Translations under genes and position numbers: made by a program
Assembly (NCBI GenBank): GCA_000165345.1
Contig: CM000436.1
Coordinates: 384,001 to 448,000, forward strand
DNA: 64,000 nucleotides
Direction of reading: 5' to 3'
Notes under the pieces: generated by a model
Told to the model about the DNA's origin: nothing
The model's database searches: none
What the model saw: only the letters and a program-made list of their open reading frames with translations
Shown: in pieces, positions 38,806-47,477 of the stretch
Numbering within the stretch: position 1 is the first letter of the stretch
Layout: the number at the start of each line of letters is the position of its first letter

Positions 38806-41800
38806 ATGCATACTGGGCGTAATATAGAGAGGCCGTCCATGGAAGGCTTCTCGAGTAGAGAAAAACAGTATGACTACTCGAATATACCAGGACGGCTTCA
38901 AAATGAATTGGAGTTTAAGGTTGAGGGTTTTAGAAGAAGGATTATGGAGATGATGAACAGTACCGAGGGGGGTACGAAGAACCGACTATATTCAAATATT
39001 CACAGTTATAAAAACTTTAATTTTCGAATAATGATTCTTCCAAAGGTTAAATTGACTAGTGGAGGTTCGTTAGAAGGTCATATTTCTGCTTATTTGGAGG
39101 CAATCCCATCGCAAAATTGGCCTTCAAACTGGGTATGGTTGAATACAAGATATTCTGTGACCTTAATTAACCAAAAAGATTACAGAAAATCTCACTTTAT
39201 GAGTGATATATTCAGCTTTAAAGGAGAAAATGACCCAAAGAAGAAACTTACATTGGAGGAGAGAAATTATGACTATAGCTCTGCAGGCCCAGAAGCCGAT
39301 CGTGGTTGGAGTGATTTTTTTAGCTTAAAGACTCTCTTGGATCCAAAAACTGGTTTTATTGATTCTGAGACAGAAACAGTAATTTTCAGAGCTGGTGTAT
39401 TTCCGGTTTTATGTGATCCAGTTTCGTGTGGAAAGTCAAATTTTGACCATTTGGGAACTGATCGATCACTAACTGGATATGTTGGAATTCGAAACCTTGG
39501 AGCTACATGTTATATGAACTCCCTACTACAATCTCTATATCATATTGGAAGATTCAGAAAAGCTGTCTATACTATTCCCCTGAACCCAAATAGAGTCACA
39601 TCAGGCTCATCATGTTCTAATACTCCGATAAGTAGAGAAACAAGACCTGAATTAACTCCTTTGAGTGCTTGTATTCCTAAGATAGATGATTTCGGAGAGG
39701 TCACTCCTCAAAGTATTAGTTCTGAATCTAATAGCCTTGCCATTTCTTTATTGGGAGAAGCCTCAGAGGATGCTGTAGAATGGACCAGTAATGTTGCAAA
39801 AAGTCTTTTTGAGTATGAAAGTGATGGTATTGCTAGTCTTGAAAGTATTATGTCTTCAAATGCATGCCAAGATTATGGACAGAATACCGGTGTAGTAAGC
39901 GGTAATGTATCTGGTCCGGGATCTACAATAGGAGGAAACTGCTCAGCTTCGGATGCTGGAAATGATCAAACGAAGATTAGTTCTGCTCTCCAAACCTTAT
40001 TTTACGAGCTTCAAACCTGTTCAGAACCTGTGAATTGTCGTGAACTGATGAGATCTTTTGGCTGGGATGCTTCAGATGCATTCACCCAACATGATGCACA
40101 AGAGTTAAATAGACTACTTTGTGACCGTCTTGAGGAGGAAATGAAGAATACTGCTGTTGATGGGAGCATTAAAGCTCTTTTTGAAGGAGAGTATGAAAAT
40201 TATATCGAGTGCTTGGATGTTGATTGTACTTCTAGAAGGAGAGAAAACTTTTACGACATTCAAGTTGATGTTGAAGGAGTAAAGTCATTAGAGGAAAGTC
40301 TCCAGCGTTTTGTAGAGGAAGAAATTTTGGATGGTGAAAACCTCTATGAGGCTGAGGGCTTTGGAAAACAGAGAGCAAAGAAGGGAGTTAGATTCCAAAG
40401 ATTCCCACCTGTTGTTCAGTTCCATTTGAAGAGATTCCAATTCAATATTCAAAGTATGGATATGGTCAAGTTGAATGATTACTTTACTTTTCCAGAAAAA
40501 TTGGATCTATCTAGCTTTGTGAATCATAATAATAAAGGAGAAACAGATACTGGTAATATTGTAGAAGGTACCGAAAAGTATATATTACATACTGTTGTCA
40601 TTCATCAGGGGGATGTTCATAGTGGACATTATTATGCCTATATACGTCCAAAACCTGATTCAGACTGGTTTAGATTTGACGATGAAAAGGTTACTCTAGT
40701 TTCATCTTCTACAGCTATTGAAGATAATTTTGGAGGCCATGAGTATGAAGTTTGGGATTATTTGGGAAACCCAGAAAGTGATATTCCAAAAAGATCCAAA
40801 ACCCACTCAGCTTACATCTTGGTATATGTTAGGGAGGACCAAGCTCAAGATTTGCTTTCGGAGCCAATTCCTCAGGAGGTCAATCCTGATTTAGTTTCTA
40901 AATACAGAAAAGAGATTGAGATGATGAATCTTCGAAAGAGACTTAGACAAGATCTGAATGAGCATGTTCGAATTCAATTATTGTTATCAACAAGTTATAA
41001 TATCTCATCCTCTTGTCGTCCAAAATCCCAAGGTCTTCATCAAAGTATTTCATCCTTCCCATGGAATTACATATTCAAATGTTCAAGGGACTTTTCTTTG
41101 TCTCAGTTCCATTCTGAGCTTGAAAAAAGATTCTTGAACAAAAGGATGCTTCATAATGATGTTCCTAGTAGTAGTATTAGTTGTAATAAAGCTTTTGGAT
41201 CTCATTTATTCCTTCTGGAAACCAACCCGGAGGGAAACCACACTGCTTCAGGAGGAGCAAGAGGAATGGGTGGATTACATCATCATATTGGATACTCAAA
41301 TGGAGGCCCTACATCCTCAACCGGTCTATCCTTTTATACATGCATTTCATCTCCCCAAGGAGAGGGAATTAGCTCTGGAAACCGGATATCAGATTCTCAA
41401 AGAGGCGGAGCTGGTGGAATGCTAGGTAGAGCTATTGGATTTGGAAGTTCAACTTCTGGTACAAGATCAGGAGATGAGATCTTAATGTCGGATCTATGTA
41501 GAAGATACCATCGTGCAGGCCTTTGGGACTCATCTTGCCCAACTTTATATATGTGTTTGTATCTTGATGATGTCTCAAGCTTATTAATGGACCGAATCCC
41601 TCCAAATCTACCAATTAATGCAGATGGTTCATATTTAGAGAAGAGACAAAGGATTGAAAATAAGCTCAGAAACTTTAATGATAATGGAGGAGGAGAAGTT
41701 TTGCTTCTCTTGAGATATTTTGATATCTCAAACCCTAGGATCAATGAATTCTCCTTAAAATACTCTAGAAATCAGGAGATTCCAAATCTTTATAATCTAG

Positions 41801-43629
41801 GACTTATCATGGTTTCTCAAAGCACCACACTTAAGGATTTAAATGAATATGTAATGATGGAGATAGAAAAAGATAAAGATAACAAGTCACCAGGTAGAGG
41901 ATTGATTAGTGGCTTTGAGTTTGGACTTAGAGTATGTCTGGAAACGGCTTCAGATAGTGATAATTTGTTCCCATTATTGGATCCTCGATGTACAATTCAA
42001 CAACTTCAGCTTATCAATGGATCCAGTTTAATCTTTTCAATAAATTTGGATGATTCAGTAATTAATAGAAAGAGAGAAGAATTAAGGAAATCTCTTGAAG
42101 AGGTTGTGATCTTCCCAAATCAAAACCTTTGGTTGCAAGAAGAGAAAACTTCTCAATATAATGGAATTGAAGATGAAGGAAAATCTTCTGAATCGGAAGA
42201 TTCTAGTTTCAGGCTTCCAGTAGAACTAGAGATGGTTAAGTGCCCAGAATTTCCAGTTTTGGACTTTCATCACTGGTATGAAAATTTCCAGAATTCTCTC
42301 CATCTTTCTCTATATCTATGGGATCCTCTAGATGGTGAATATCACCCGCCTCATTTGGGAGGAGGAGGAGGAGGAGGAGGAACGCATTTGTGCCTGCCTA
42401 ATACAAATCAATATGGAATAATGGAAGCCATGCAGGCGAGCAATAATAGTATAATACGCTCGTTTTCAAGGTATCAAATTAAAGAAGTACATCAAATTCA
42501 TGTGGATCTCCGCTGGCCAGCTATTAAGACTTGGATTTATGTTTGTAATCAAATCAAAGTAGATCCTAGAAGTATTGCTTTAGCAAGAAATGCACTGAAT
42601 CCACTAGATGCTTCTTTGCTAACTTTATTCTCTCTGATTCAAGCCCAGAGACATGATGAATCTATATCTTCAGTAATCAGAAGCTTAAGTTCAGCACATT
42701 ATTATGGAAAAATACCACGTTCTTTAGCTATCCTGGCTCTAAATCTGAAAGGTCACTCCTTTGTTAGTTTAAACAGAAAAGATAAGCATATTCTAACTGT
42801 GACCAATACTGTAAATTGTTCTGAAATACCTAAAGGAAGATACATCCTTCAGGTAGAATCCTGTGATACTGTGGATTCAGTCATACGCAAGTTAATAAAG
42901 AAGGAAAATATTTTATCTCACAGGTCCTTTAATACAAATGGTAAGGATGCCATGCAAACCGGAAATGGCGCCAAAAGTCACACAGATATTTCCAAGCTTA
43001 AATTAAGATTATTCGAAGCGAGTAACCAAAATGATCATGTTGGTGTATATCGAGGAGGGGAAATGATAACAAGGATTTTAAACACAGATGGAATGCAAAA
43101 TACTTCTACTTTTGGAGGATTATCTATTGGCTCTTTTGTGGATTGCTTTAGGATTGAACAAGATTATTCACAAGAAGAGTTGGATTTACTTAAAAAAGGA
43201 GAGTTAGTAAATATTTTGGTTATTCAGGATTCAAGGAGTGGTTTTGGCGGGAACTATGGAGATCATTACCATAATGATGATCATAATTCATTGGCTGGAG
43301 GTACAAGCTATTTAGTAACAATACCAGTAAGTTCAAGATTGGTAGATTTAAAGAATAAACTACAAGAAAGGTTTGATTTGGACGAGAAGATAATATCCAA
43401 ATGGAGATTTTACCGTCTTGAGTCAAAGAGTCTTCAAGGAATTAAGGATAATGATTTAATTATGAATAGTTTTGGAAATAATGGTGTTGGTATTAATAAT
43501 CACTATAGCACAAATGCAAAGAATAACGTGGACATTAATATATATGGTTTTGAGCCTCATACAATTTTATTGGCTCAACAAGTTTTTCCAATTCTACAAA
43601 AGAGTGGCTCTAGACCTCTGAAAATTTAA
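38806..43629 (+). CDS. Ubiquitin carboxyl-terminal hydrolase, USP7/HAUSP-like (N-terminal MATH/TRAF domain, USP catalytic core, UBL-rich C-terminus)
   Basis: MATH-like region ...RGWSDFFSLKTLLDPKTGFIDSETETVIF. Cys box GIRNLGATCYMNSLLQSLYHIGRFRKAVY. QHDAQELNRLLCDRLEEEMK. PPVVQFHLKRFQFN. His box YILHTVVIHQGDVHSGHYYAYIRP..WFRFDDEKVT. SAYILVYVRE. There is a roughly 150-aa S/T-rich insertion between the Cys box and the QQD box. ATG at 38806. Confidence 0.85.
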   Translation: MHTGRNIERPSMEGFSSREKQYDYSNIPGRLQNELEFKVEGFRRRIMEMMNSTEGGTKNRLYSNIHSYKNFNFRIMILPKVKLTSGGSLEGHISAYLEAIPSQNWPSNWVWLNTRYSVTLINQKDYRKSHFMSDIFSFKGENDPKKKLTLEERNYDYSSAGPEADRGWSDFFSLKTLLDPKTGFIDSETETVIFRAGVFPVLCDPVSCGKSNFDHLGTDRSLTGYVGIRNLGATCYMNSLLQSLYHIGRFRKAVYTIPLNPNRVTSGSSCSNTPISRETRPELTPLSACIPKIDDFGEVTPQSISSESNSLAISLLGEASEDAVEWTSNVAKSLFEYESDGIASLESIMSSNACQDYGQNTGVVSGNVSGPGSTIGGNCSASDAGNDQTKISSALQTLFYELQTCSEPVNCRELMRSFGWDASDAFTQHDAQELNRLLCDRLEEEMKNTAVDGSIKALFEGEYENYIECLDVDCTSRRRENFYDIQVDVEGVKSLEESLQRFVEEEILDGENLYEAEGFGKQRAKKGVRFQRFPPVVQFHLKRFQFNIQSMDMVKLNDYFTFPEKLDLSSFVNHNNKGETDTGNIVEGTEKYILHTVVIHQGDVHSGHYYAYIRPKPDSDWFRFDDEKVTLVSSSTAIEDNFGGHEYEVWDYLGNPESDIPKRSKTHSAYILVYVREDQAQDLLSEPIPQEVNPDLVSKYRKEIEMMNLRKRLRQDLNEHVRIQLLLSTSYNISSSCRPKSQGLHQSISSFPWNYIFKCSRDFSLSQFHSELEKRFLNKRMLHNDVPSSSISCNKAFGSHLFLLETNPEGNHTASGGARGMGGLHHHIGYSNGGPTSSTGLSFYTCISSPQGEGISSGNRISDSQRGGAGGMLGRAIGFGSSTSGTRSGDEILMSDLCRRYHRAGLWDSSCPTLYMCLYLDDVSSLLMDRIPPNLPINADGSYLEKRQRIENKLRNFNDNGGGEVLLLLRYFDISNPRINEFSLKYSRNQEIPNLYNLGLIMVSQSTTLKDLNEYVMMEIEKDKDNKSPGRGLISGFEFGLRVCLETASDSDNLFPLLDPRCTIQQLQLINGSSLIFSINLDDSVINRKREELRKSLEEVVIFPNQNLWLQEEKTSQYNGIEDEGKSSESEDSSFRLPVELEMVKCPEFPVLDFHHWYENFQNSLHLSLYLWDPLDGEYHPPHLGGGGGGGGTHLCLPNTNQYGIMEAMQASNNSIIRSFSRYQIKEVHQIHVDLRWPAIKTWIYVCNQIKVDPRSIALARNALNPLDASLLTLFSLIQAQRHDESISSVIRSLSSAHYYGKIPRSLAILALNLKGHSFVSLNRKDKHILTVTNTVNCSEIPKGRYILQVESCDTVDSVIRKLIKKENILSHRSFNTNGKDAMQTGNGAKSHTDISKLKLRLFEASNQNDHVGVYRGGEMITRILNTDGMQNTSTFGGLSIGSFVDCFRIEQDYSQEELDLLKKGELVNILVIQDSRSGFGGNYGDHYHNDDHNSLAGGTSYLVTIPVSSRLVDLKNKLQERFDLDEKIISKWRFYRLESKSLQGIKDNDLIMNSFGNNGVGINNHYSTNAKNNVDINIYGFEPHTILLAQQVFPILQKSGSRPLKI

Positions 43630-43801
43630 AGATAGATACTCTGAGAAAGAAATAAAGGAAAAAAGAGAAGCATTTCATGTTACACCTTAAAGAATAAAGA
43701 TAGAGCAAAAGATTGAGGGTTGGGGGATGAAATGTAAAGGGATGAAAAAGGCGAGATATATATTTAATAAATAATAATGATGAATATTATAGATGGAAGA
43801 G

Positions 43802-44596
43802 TTATGTGGAGTTTAACTTTTGATTTGAGTATATATCTTCAAGTTGTTTGATTTTATTCTTGATTGACTTATACTCAAGATATTCTTTTTCTATAGGTAG
43901 TAAATCTTTGTGATATAGAACTTTTCTGTGGTTTTTTTTGAGAAATTGATCTTGAAATGTTTCCAGCAATCCTCTTAGTTGAGTTTTCTTTTTTTTCAGA
44001 GACTCTATTTCTGATATTAGATCTTGTGTGGGATGATTTTTGGTCCGATAAGTTGAATCCTTGAGATGCCTGTACAGTAAATACAAGGGTTTAAGTGGTT
44101 CTTTGTCGGATTTTGACGGTAGTTTTCCATATAACATTTGAAAGTCTGAATCGAACTTCTTTAACTCACTTTTTATGTTACTTTTAAGAGTATTCAAGAA
44201 ATTGTTATTATTGGTGGTGGTAATAAATGTTAGGGAATTAACATTATCAGAATTATTTCCTGTCTCTGTATTAACAAGTGGATTATTAGGAATATTAATG
44301 ATACCATTTTCTGTTAATTCTAGACCCAAAGTTTCTAAGATAGATAATAATCTTTCTTCTCCAGAAATATCGGAATCGTTAGTAAATTGATTAATTTGGC
44401 TATTATTTAATAGTAATTGATACCTTTCATTAACTTTTTTTTGAGTTTCAATCAACTTGTAGTTGATACTTTCTAAGCTAGAAAGATTATTATTAATATT
44501 ATTTTCTTCATATTGAGCTTTAACAACTTGAAATTGGTAGAAACTAGGGATATTTTTAATATATAAATTCACCAACCTAGATGCTTCATTGTTCAT
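43802..44596 (-). CDS. Hypothetical protein (N/S-rich, C-terminal predicted coiled coil)
   Basis: The track start at 44659 is TTG, and a TGA lies just upstream in frame. The first ATG, at about 44596, gives MNNEASRLV.... I recognise no family. Confidence 0.45.
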   Translation of the reverse strand: MNNEASRLVNLYIKNIPSFYQFQVVKAQYEENNINNNLSSLESINYKLIETQKKVNERYQLLLNNSQINQFTNDSDISGEERLLSILETLGLELTENGIINIPNNPLVNTETGNNSDNVNSLTFITTTNNNNFLNTLKSNIKSELKKFDSDFQMLYGKLPSKSDKEPLKPLYLLYRHLKDSTYRTKNHPTQDLISEIESLKKKKTQLRGLLETFQDQFLKKNHRKVLYHKDLLPIEKEYLEYKSIKNKIKQLEDIYSNQKLNST

Positions 44597-44853
44597 AATG
44601 TATAACTTTTGATCTATGTTTGATTTACCATCCAACTCTTCTTTTTGATATTGGAACAAATTTCAATTCATTAAAATACTTTGAGCATAACAAAGTTTTA
44701 CTTGATGGCCTTGCATGAGAGAATTAGAGAAAGAAAAAGGGATAAAAATAGTCAAACCTATTTTTGTCTTTAATTTTCAACTCAATTCAAATTCACTTTT
44801 TGTGGGGAAAAAATAAATAAAAAGCACCTTTTATTTATTATAAATAAAAATAG

Positions 44854-45290
44854 TTTGGCGCCATATGTAATTTAATGATTACAAAAAATTTACATTCATA
44901 AGTAAAATTATCAAAGAACTAATTCGAAGAAGGTAAATAAAGAATAAAAAAATTATTAATTCTAAAATTTGTTTAAGATAATCAAGAAGAAGAAAGAAAG
45001 AAAAAAGAAAGATCAAGTGCTTTTTTAAAAAAAGAATAATAATCAATTCATTAATTAAAGATATAGGTAATATAGTTATAAATAAAGATGTTTAAACTTT
45101 GCTAAATAACCCATTATTTAAAATACTTCTTTATTAACTCAAATAACGAAATAAAAATGTTTTATTTGAAATAAATTCGTAAAATTATAAATTGCATGTT
45201 TTTGGCGCCTTTCCACATTTGCAAATTTGCTTTTGTGCATGACGCAGTAGTTATATACCGGTAATGTCATAAATGCAAATGGCGGGTGAG
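44854..45290. promoter_or_regulatory. E2F-like boxes TTTGGCGCCA (44854-44863), TTTTGGCGCC (about 45200), AAATGGCGGGTGA (about 45278) plus CATGACGCAG and TATACCGGTAATG
   Basis: Divergent intergenic region between the hypothetical gene (minus) and the Rei1-like gene (plus, ATG 45563). Confidence 0.5.
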
Positions 45291-45562
45291 AAGAAATTAT
45301 TAAAAAAATTAGTTGAAATTATTTTATGACAAAAAAAAAGGAAAAATAAAATAAAATAAAATAATACAAAGTTTTTCCTTTAATTTTTTTGAGATTAGAA
45401 GGGAAAAAAGGAAGGGAAATAGAAGATTTGAGTATAGAAAAATTGCAGATAGTTTTATCTGAAATTAATATTAACAATAGGGGAGTGGTTTTGGTTTATG
45501 AAGTAAATATATTTATATTAATATTTTTTTTTCTAGAGAAATAATCTAAAAGTTTAGAAGAG

Positions 45563-46723
45563 ATGCAGAATGTTTCAGCATTATGTACGGTATGTGATTA
45601 CAAGTTGGATAGTACAAGTTTATTGAGAGAGCACTATAAGACAGAATGGCATAATTACAATCAAAAGAGAAAGTTAGCAAATAAAGACCCAGTGTCAGAG
45701 ATAGCATTTAAGAGAAAACTAGAACTATTAGAGTGTACAAAGGTGGTAGTGAACAAAGGTAGTTCACACATTAAGAATAAACAAAAGATAGATGGACAAG
45801 AAAATTATAAAATGAATGAAAGTGTATCGGTAGATATGAATCAAGATAAACCAAGACAATCTGATACTTATGAATTAACATATTGTTATTTTGATAATAC
45901 AATACACTCAAGTATGGAAGAATGTTTTGAGTATATGAGAATAAAGTATTCATTTGTAATACCAGATAAAGAGTATTTGGTTGACTATAAAGGTTTAGCT
46001 CAATATTTGGGTGAAAAATTGTTTGAAGGTCATATTTGTTTATATTGTGATAAAATATTTTCAAGTTTAAGAGCAGTTAGAGATCATATGATAAGTTTGG
46101 GTCATACAATGTTAGGAACTCATTTAGATATTCAAAAAGAAGAGTTGGAAAGTTTTTATAACTATTCTTTATCATACAAGGAACTAATTCCAAATTTTAA
46201 TAAATTATCAATTACTGATGATGTTCTTAAAGAGGAGAATAATGATGACTGGGAATACATTGATGAAGAAGAAGAAGAAGATGATGATGATGATGATTTT
46301 AGTGGCAATACAAATGAAATTAGGAAGTTAAATAAAAAAGAAATGACATTGGATGAAATTTTAAGTATGTATAATTTAAGTAAGCCAGAAATTACTGAAT
46401 TTGGTGATTTAAGACTTCCAAATGGAAAAGAAGTTGTACATAGAAATTTGGCATATATATATAAACAGAGAATACCAAGAAAACATCAATTTGAAATGGA
46501 GGATGGAAATAATTCAACTCTTGTTTTAAAAAATAGACATCACAATAAAAAAATTAATATTTATGGAAATAATCAATTTGGCTTAAATTTGAAATTTAAA
46601 GATAAGTCACATTTGAAGCAAAATCTACTTTTAAGTAAGAGAATTAAGAATGTTAATTTGAAGGTTGGGGTTAATAATAATAAATTACAGAAATATTTTG
46701 TAAGAAGAGATGTTGTTTGGTAA
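45563..46723 (+). CDS. REI1: Cytoplasmic 60S-subunit biogenesis factor Rei1 / zinc finger protein 622 homologue (C2H2)
   Basis: N-terminus ALCTVCDYKLDSTSLLREHYKTEWHNYNQKRKLANKDPVSE resembles ZNF622 CITCRVAFRDADMQRAHYKTDWHRYNLRRKVASMAPVT. A second C2H2 finger is HICLYCDKIFSSLRAVRDHMISLGH. It also has an acidic D/E run. Confidence 0.8.
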   Translation: MQNVSALCTVCDYKLDSTSLLREHYKTEWHNYNQKRKLANKDPVSEIAFKRKLELLECTKVVVNKGSSHIKNKQKIDGQENYKMNESVSVDMNQDKPRQSDTYELTYCYFDNTIHSSMEECFEYMRIKYSFVIPDKEYLVDYKGLAQYLGEKLFEGHICLYCDKIFSSLRAVRDHMISLGHTMLGTHLDIQKEELESFYNYSLSYKELIPNFNKLSITDDVLKEENNDDWEYIDEEEEEDDDDDDFSGNTNEIRKLNKKEMTLDEILSMYNLSKPEITEFGDLRLPNGKEVVHRNLAYIYKQRIPRKHQFEMEDGNNSTLVLKNRHHNKKINIYGNNQFGLNLKFKDKSHLKQNLLLSKRIKNVNLKVGVNNNKLQKYFVRRDVVW

Positions 46724-46737
46724 TTAAATAATATAAA

Positions 46738-47307
46738 TTATAATTGTCCACATTCATATATAATTATAGGTATCTTAGGTTTACTATTTGGAGGTAGAAC
46801 TGTGGCATTTTCAATCTTTTTCAAAGTTGCAAAAGAATCATGTCCTAATAATTGTCCAAAAACTACGTGTTTATTATCTAACCAAGAACATGTATTACAA
46901 GTAATAAAGAATTGGCATCCATTTGTATTTGGGCTACCATTATTTGCCATAGAAAGAAGTCCAGGTTTTGTATGCTTGATTTCAAAATTTTCATCATTAA
47001 AATAGCTTGTATTATATATAGATGTACTACCAGTACCATCTCCATTTACGAAATCACCACCTTGTATTACAAAGTCTTTGATTACTCTATGTATTGTAGA
47101 TCCTTTATATCCCACACTTTTTAAGTTTTTTTTATATTCTCCAGTACAAAATTGTCTAAAGTTTTCACTTGTTTTGGGCACAATATCTTGAAATAATTCT
47201 ATTACTAGTCTTCCAATTTTATTGTTTTCATCTAGTAAACAAATATCTAAAAAGACTACAGGATTATCTTTATGCCTTTGTGGTCTTAATTCTGGGTCTT
47301 TAATCAT
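46738..47307 (-). CDS. Cyclophilin-type peptidyl-prolyl cis-trans isomerase
   Basis: Full cyclophilin domain: VFLDI...[26 protein letters not shown]...[31 protein letters not shown]...[43 protein letters not shown] at 47305-47307. Confidence 0.95.
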   Translation of the reverse strand: MIKDPELRPQRHKDNPVVFLDICLLDENNKIGRLVIELFQDIVPKTSENFRQFCTGEYKKNLKSVGYKGSTIHRVIKDFVIQGGDFVNGDGTGSTSIYNTSYFNDENFEIKHTKPGLLSMANNGSPNTNGCQFFITCNTCSWLDNKHVVFGQLLGHDSFATLKKIENATVLPPNSKPKIPIIIYECGQL

Positions 47308-47392
47308 TTTGAATTTGAGTATAACTTTTCATTTATTTGTTTGATTTTATATTTAGTTTTTTTCTACTTTTTTGACTTAATTCATATTTATT

Positions 47393-47430
47393 CAAACTTT
47401 GGCGGGCCACAATTCCCGCCAAAGTTTGAA
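47393..47430. promoter_or_regulatory. Perfect 14-bp inverted repeat carrying E2F half-sites: CAAACTTTGGCGGG-CCACAATT-CCCGCCAAAGTTTG
   Basis: Read directly. It sits in the centre of a 170-bp divergent promoter between cyclophilin (minus, ATG 47307) and the Nup42-like gene (plus, ATG 47478). Confidence 0.6.
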
Positions 47431-47477
47431 ATAAATTTTTGAGTAAAAAGTAGATTATATTGTATTATATAATATAG

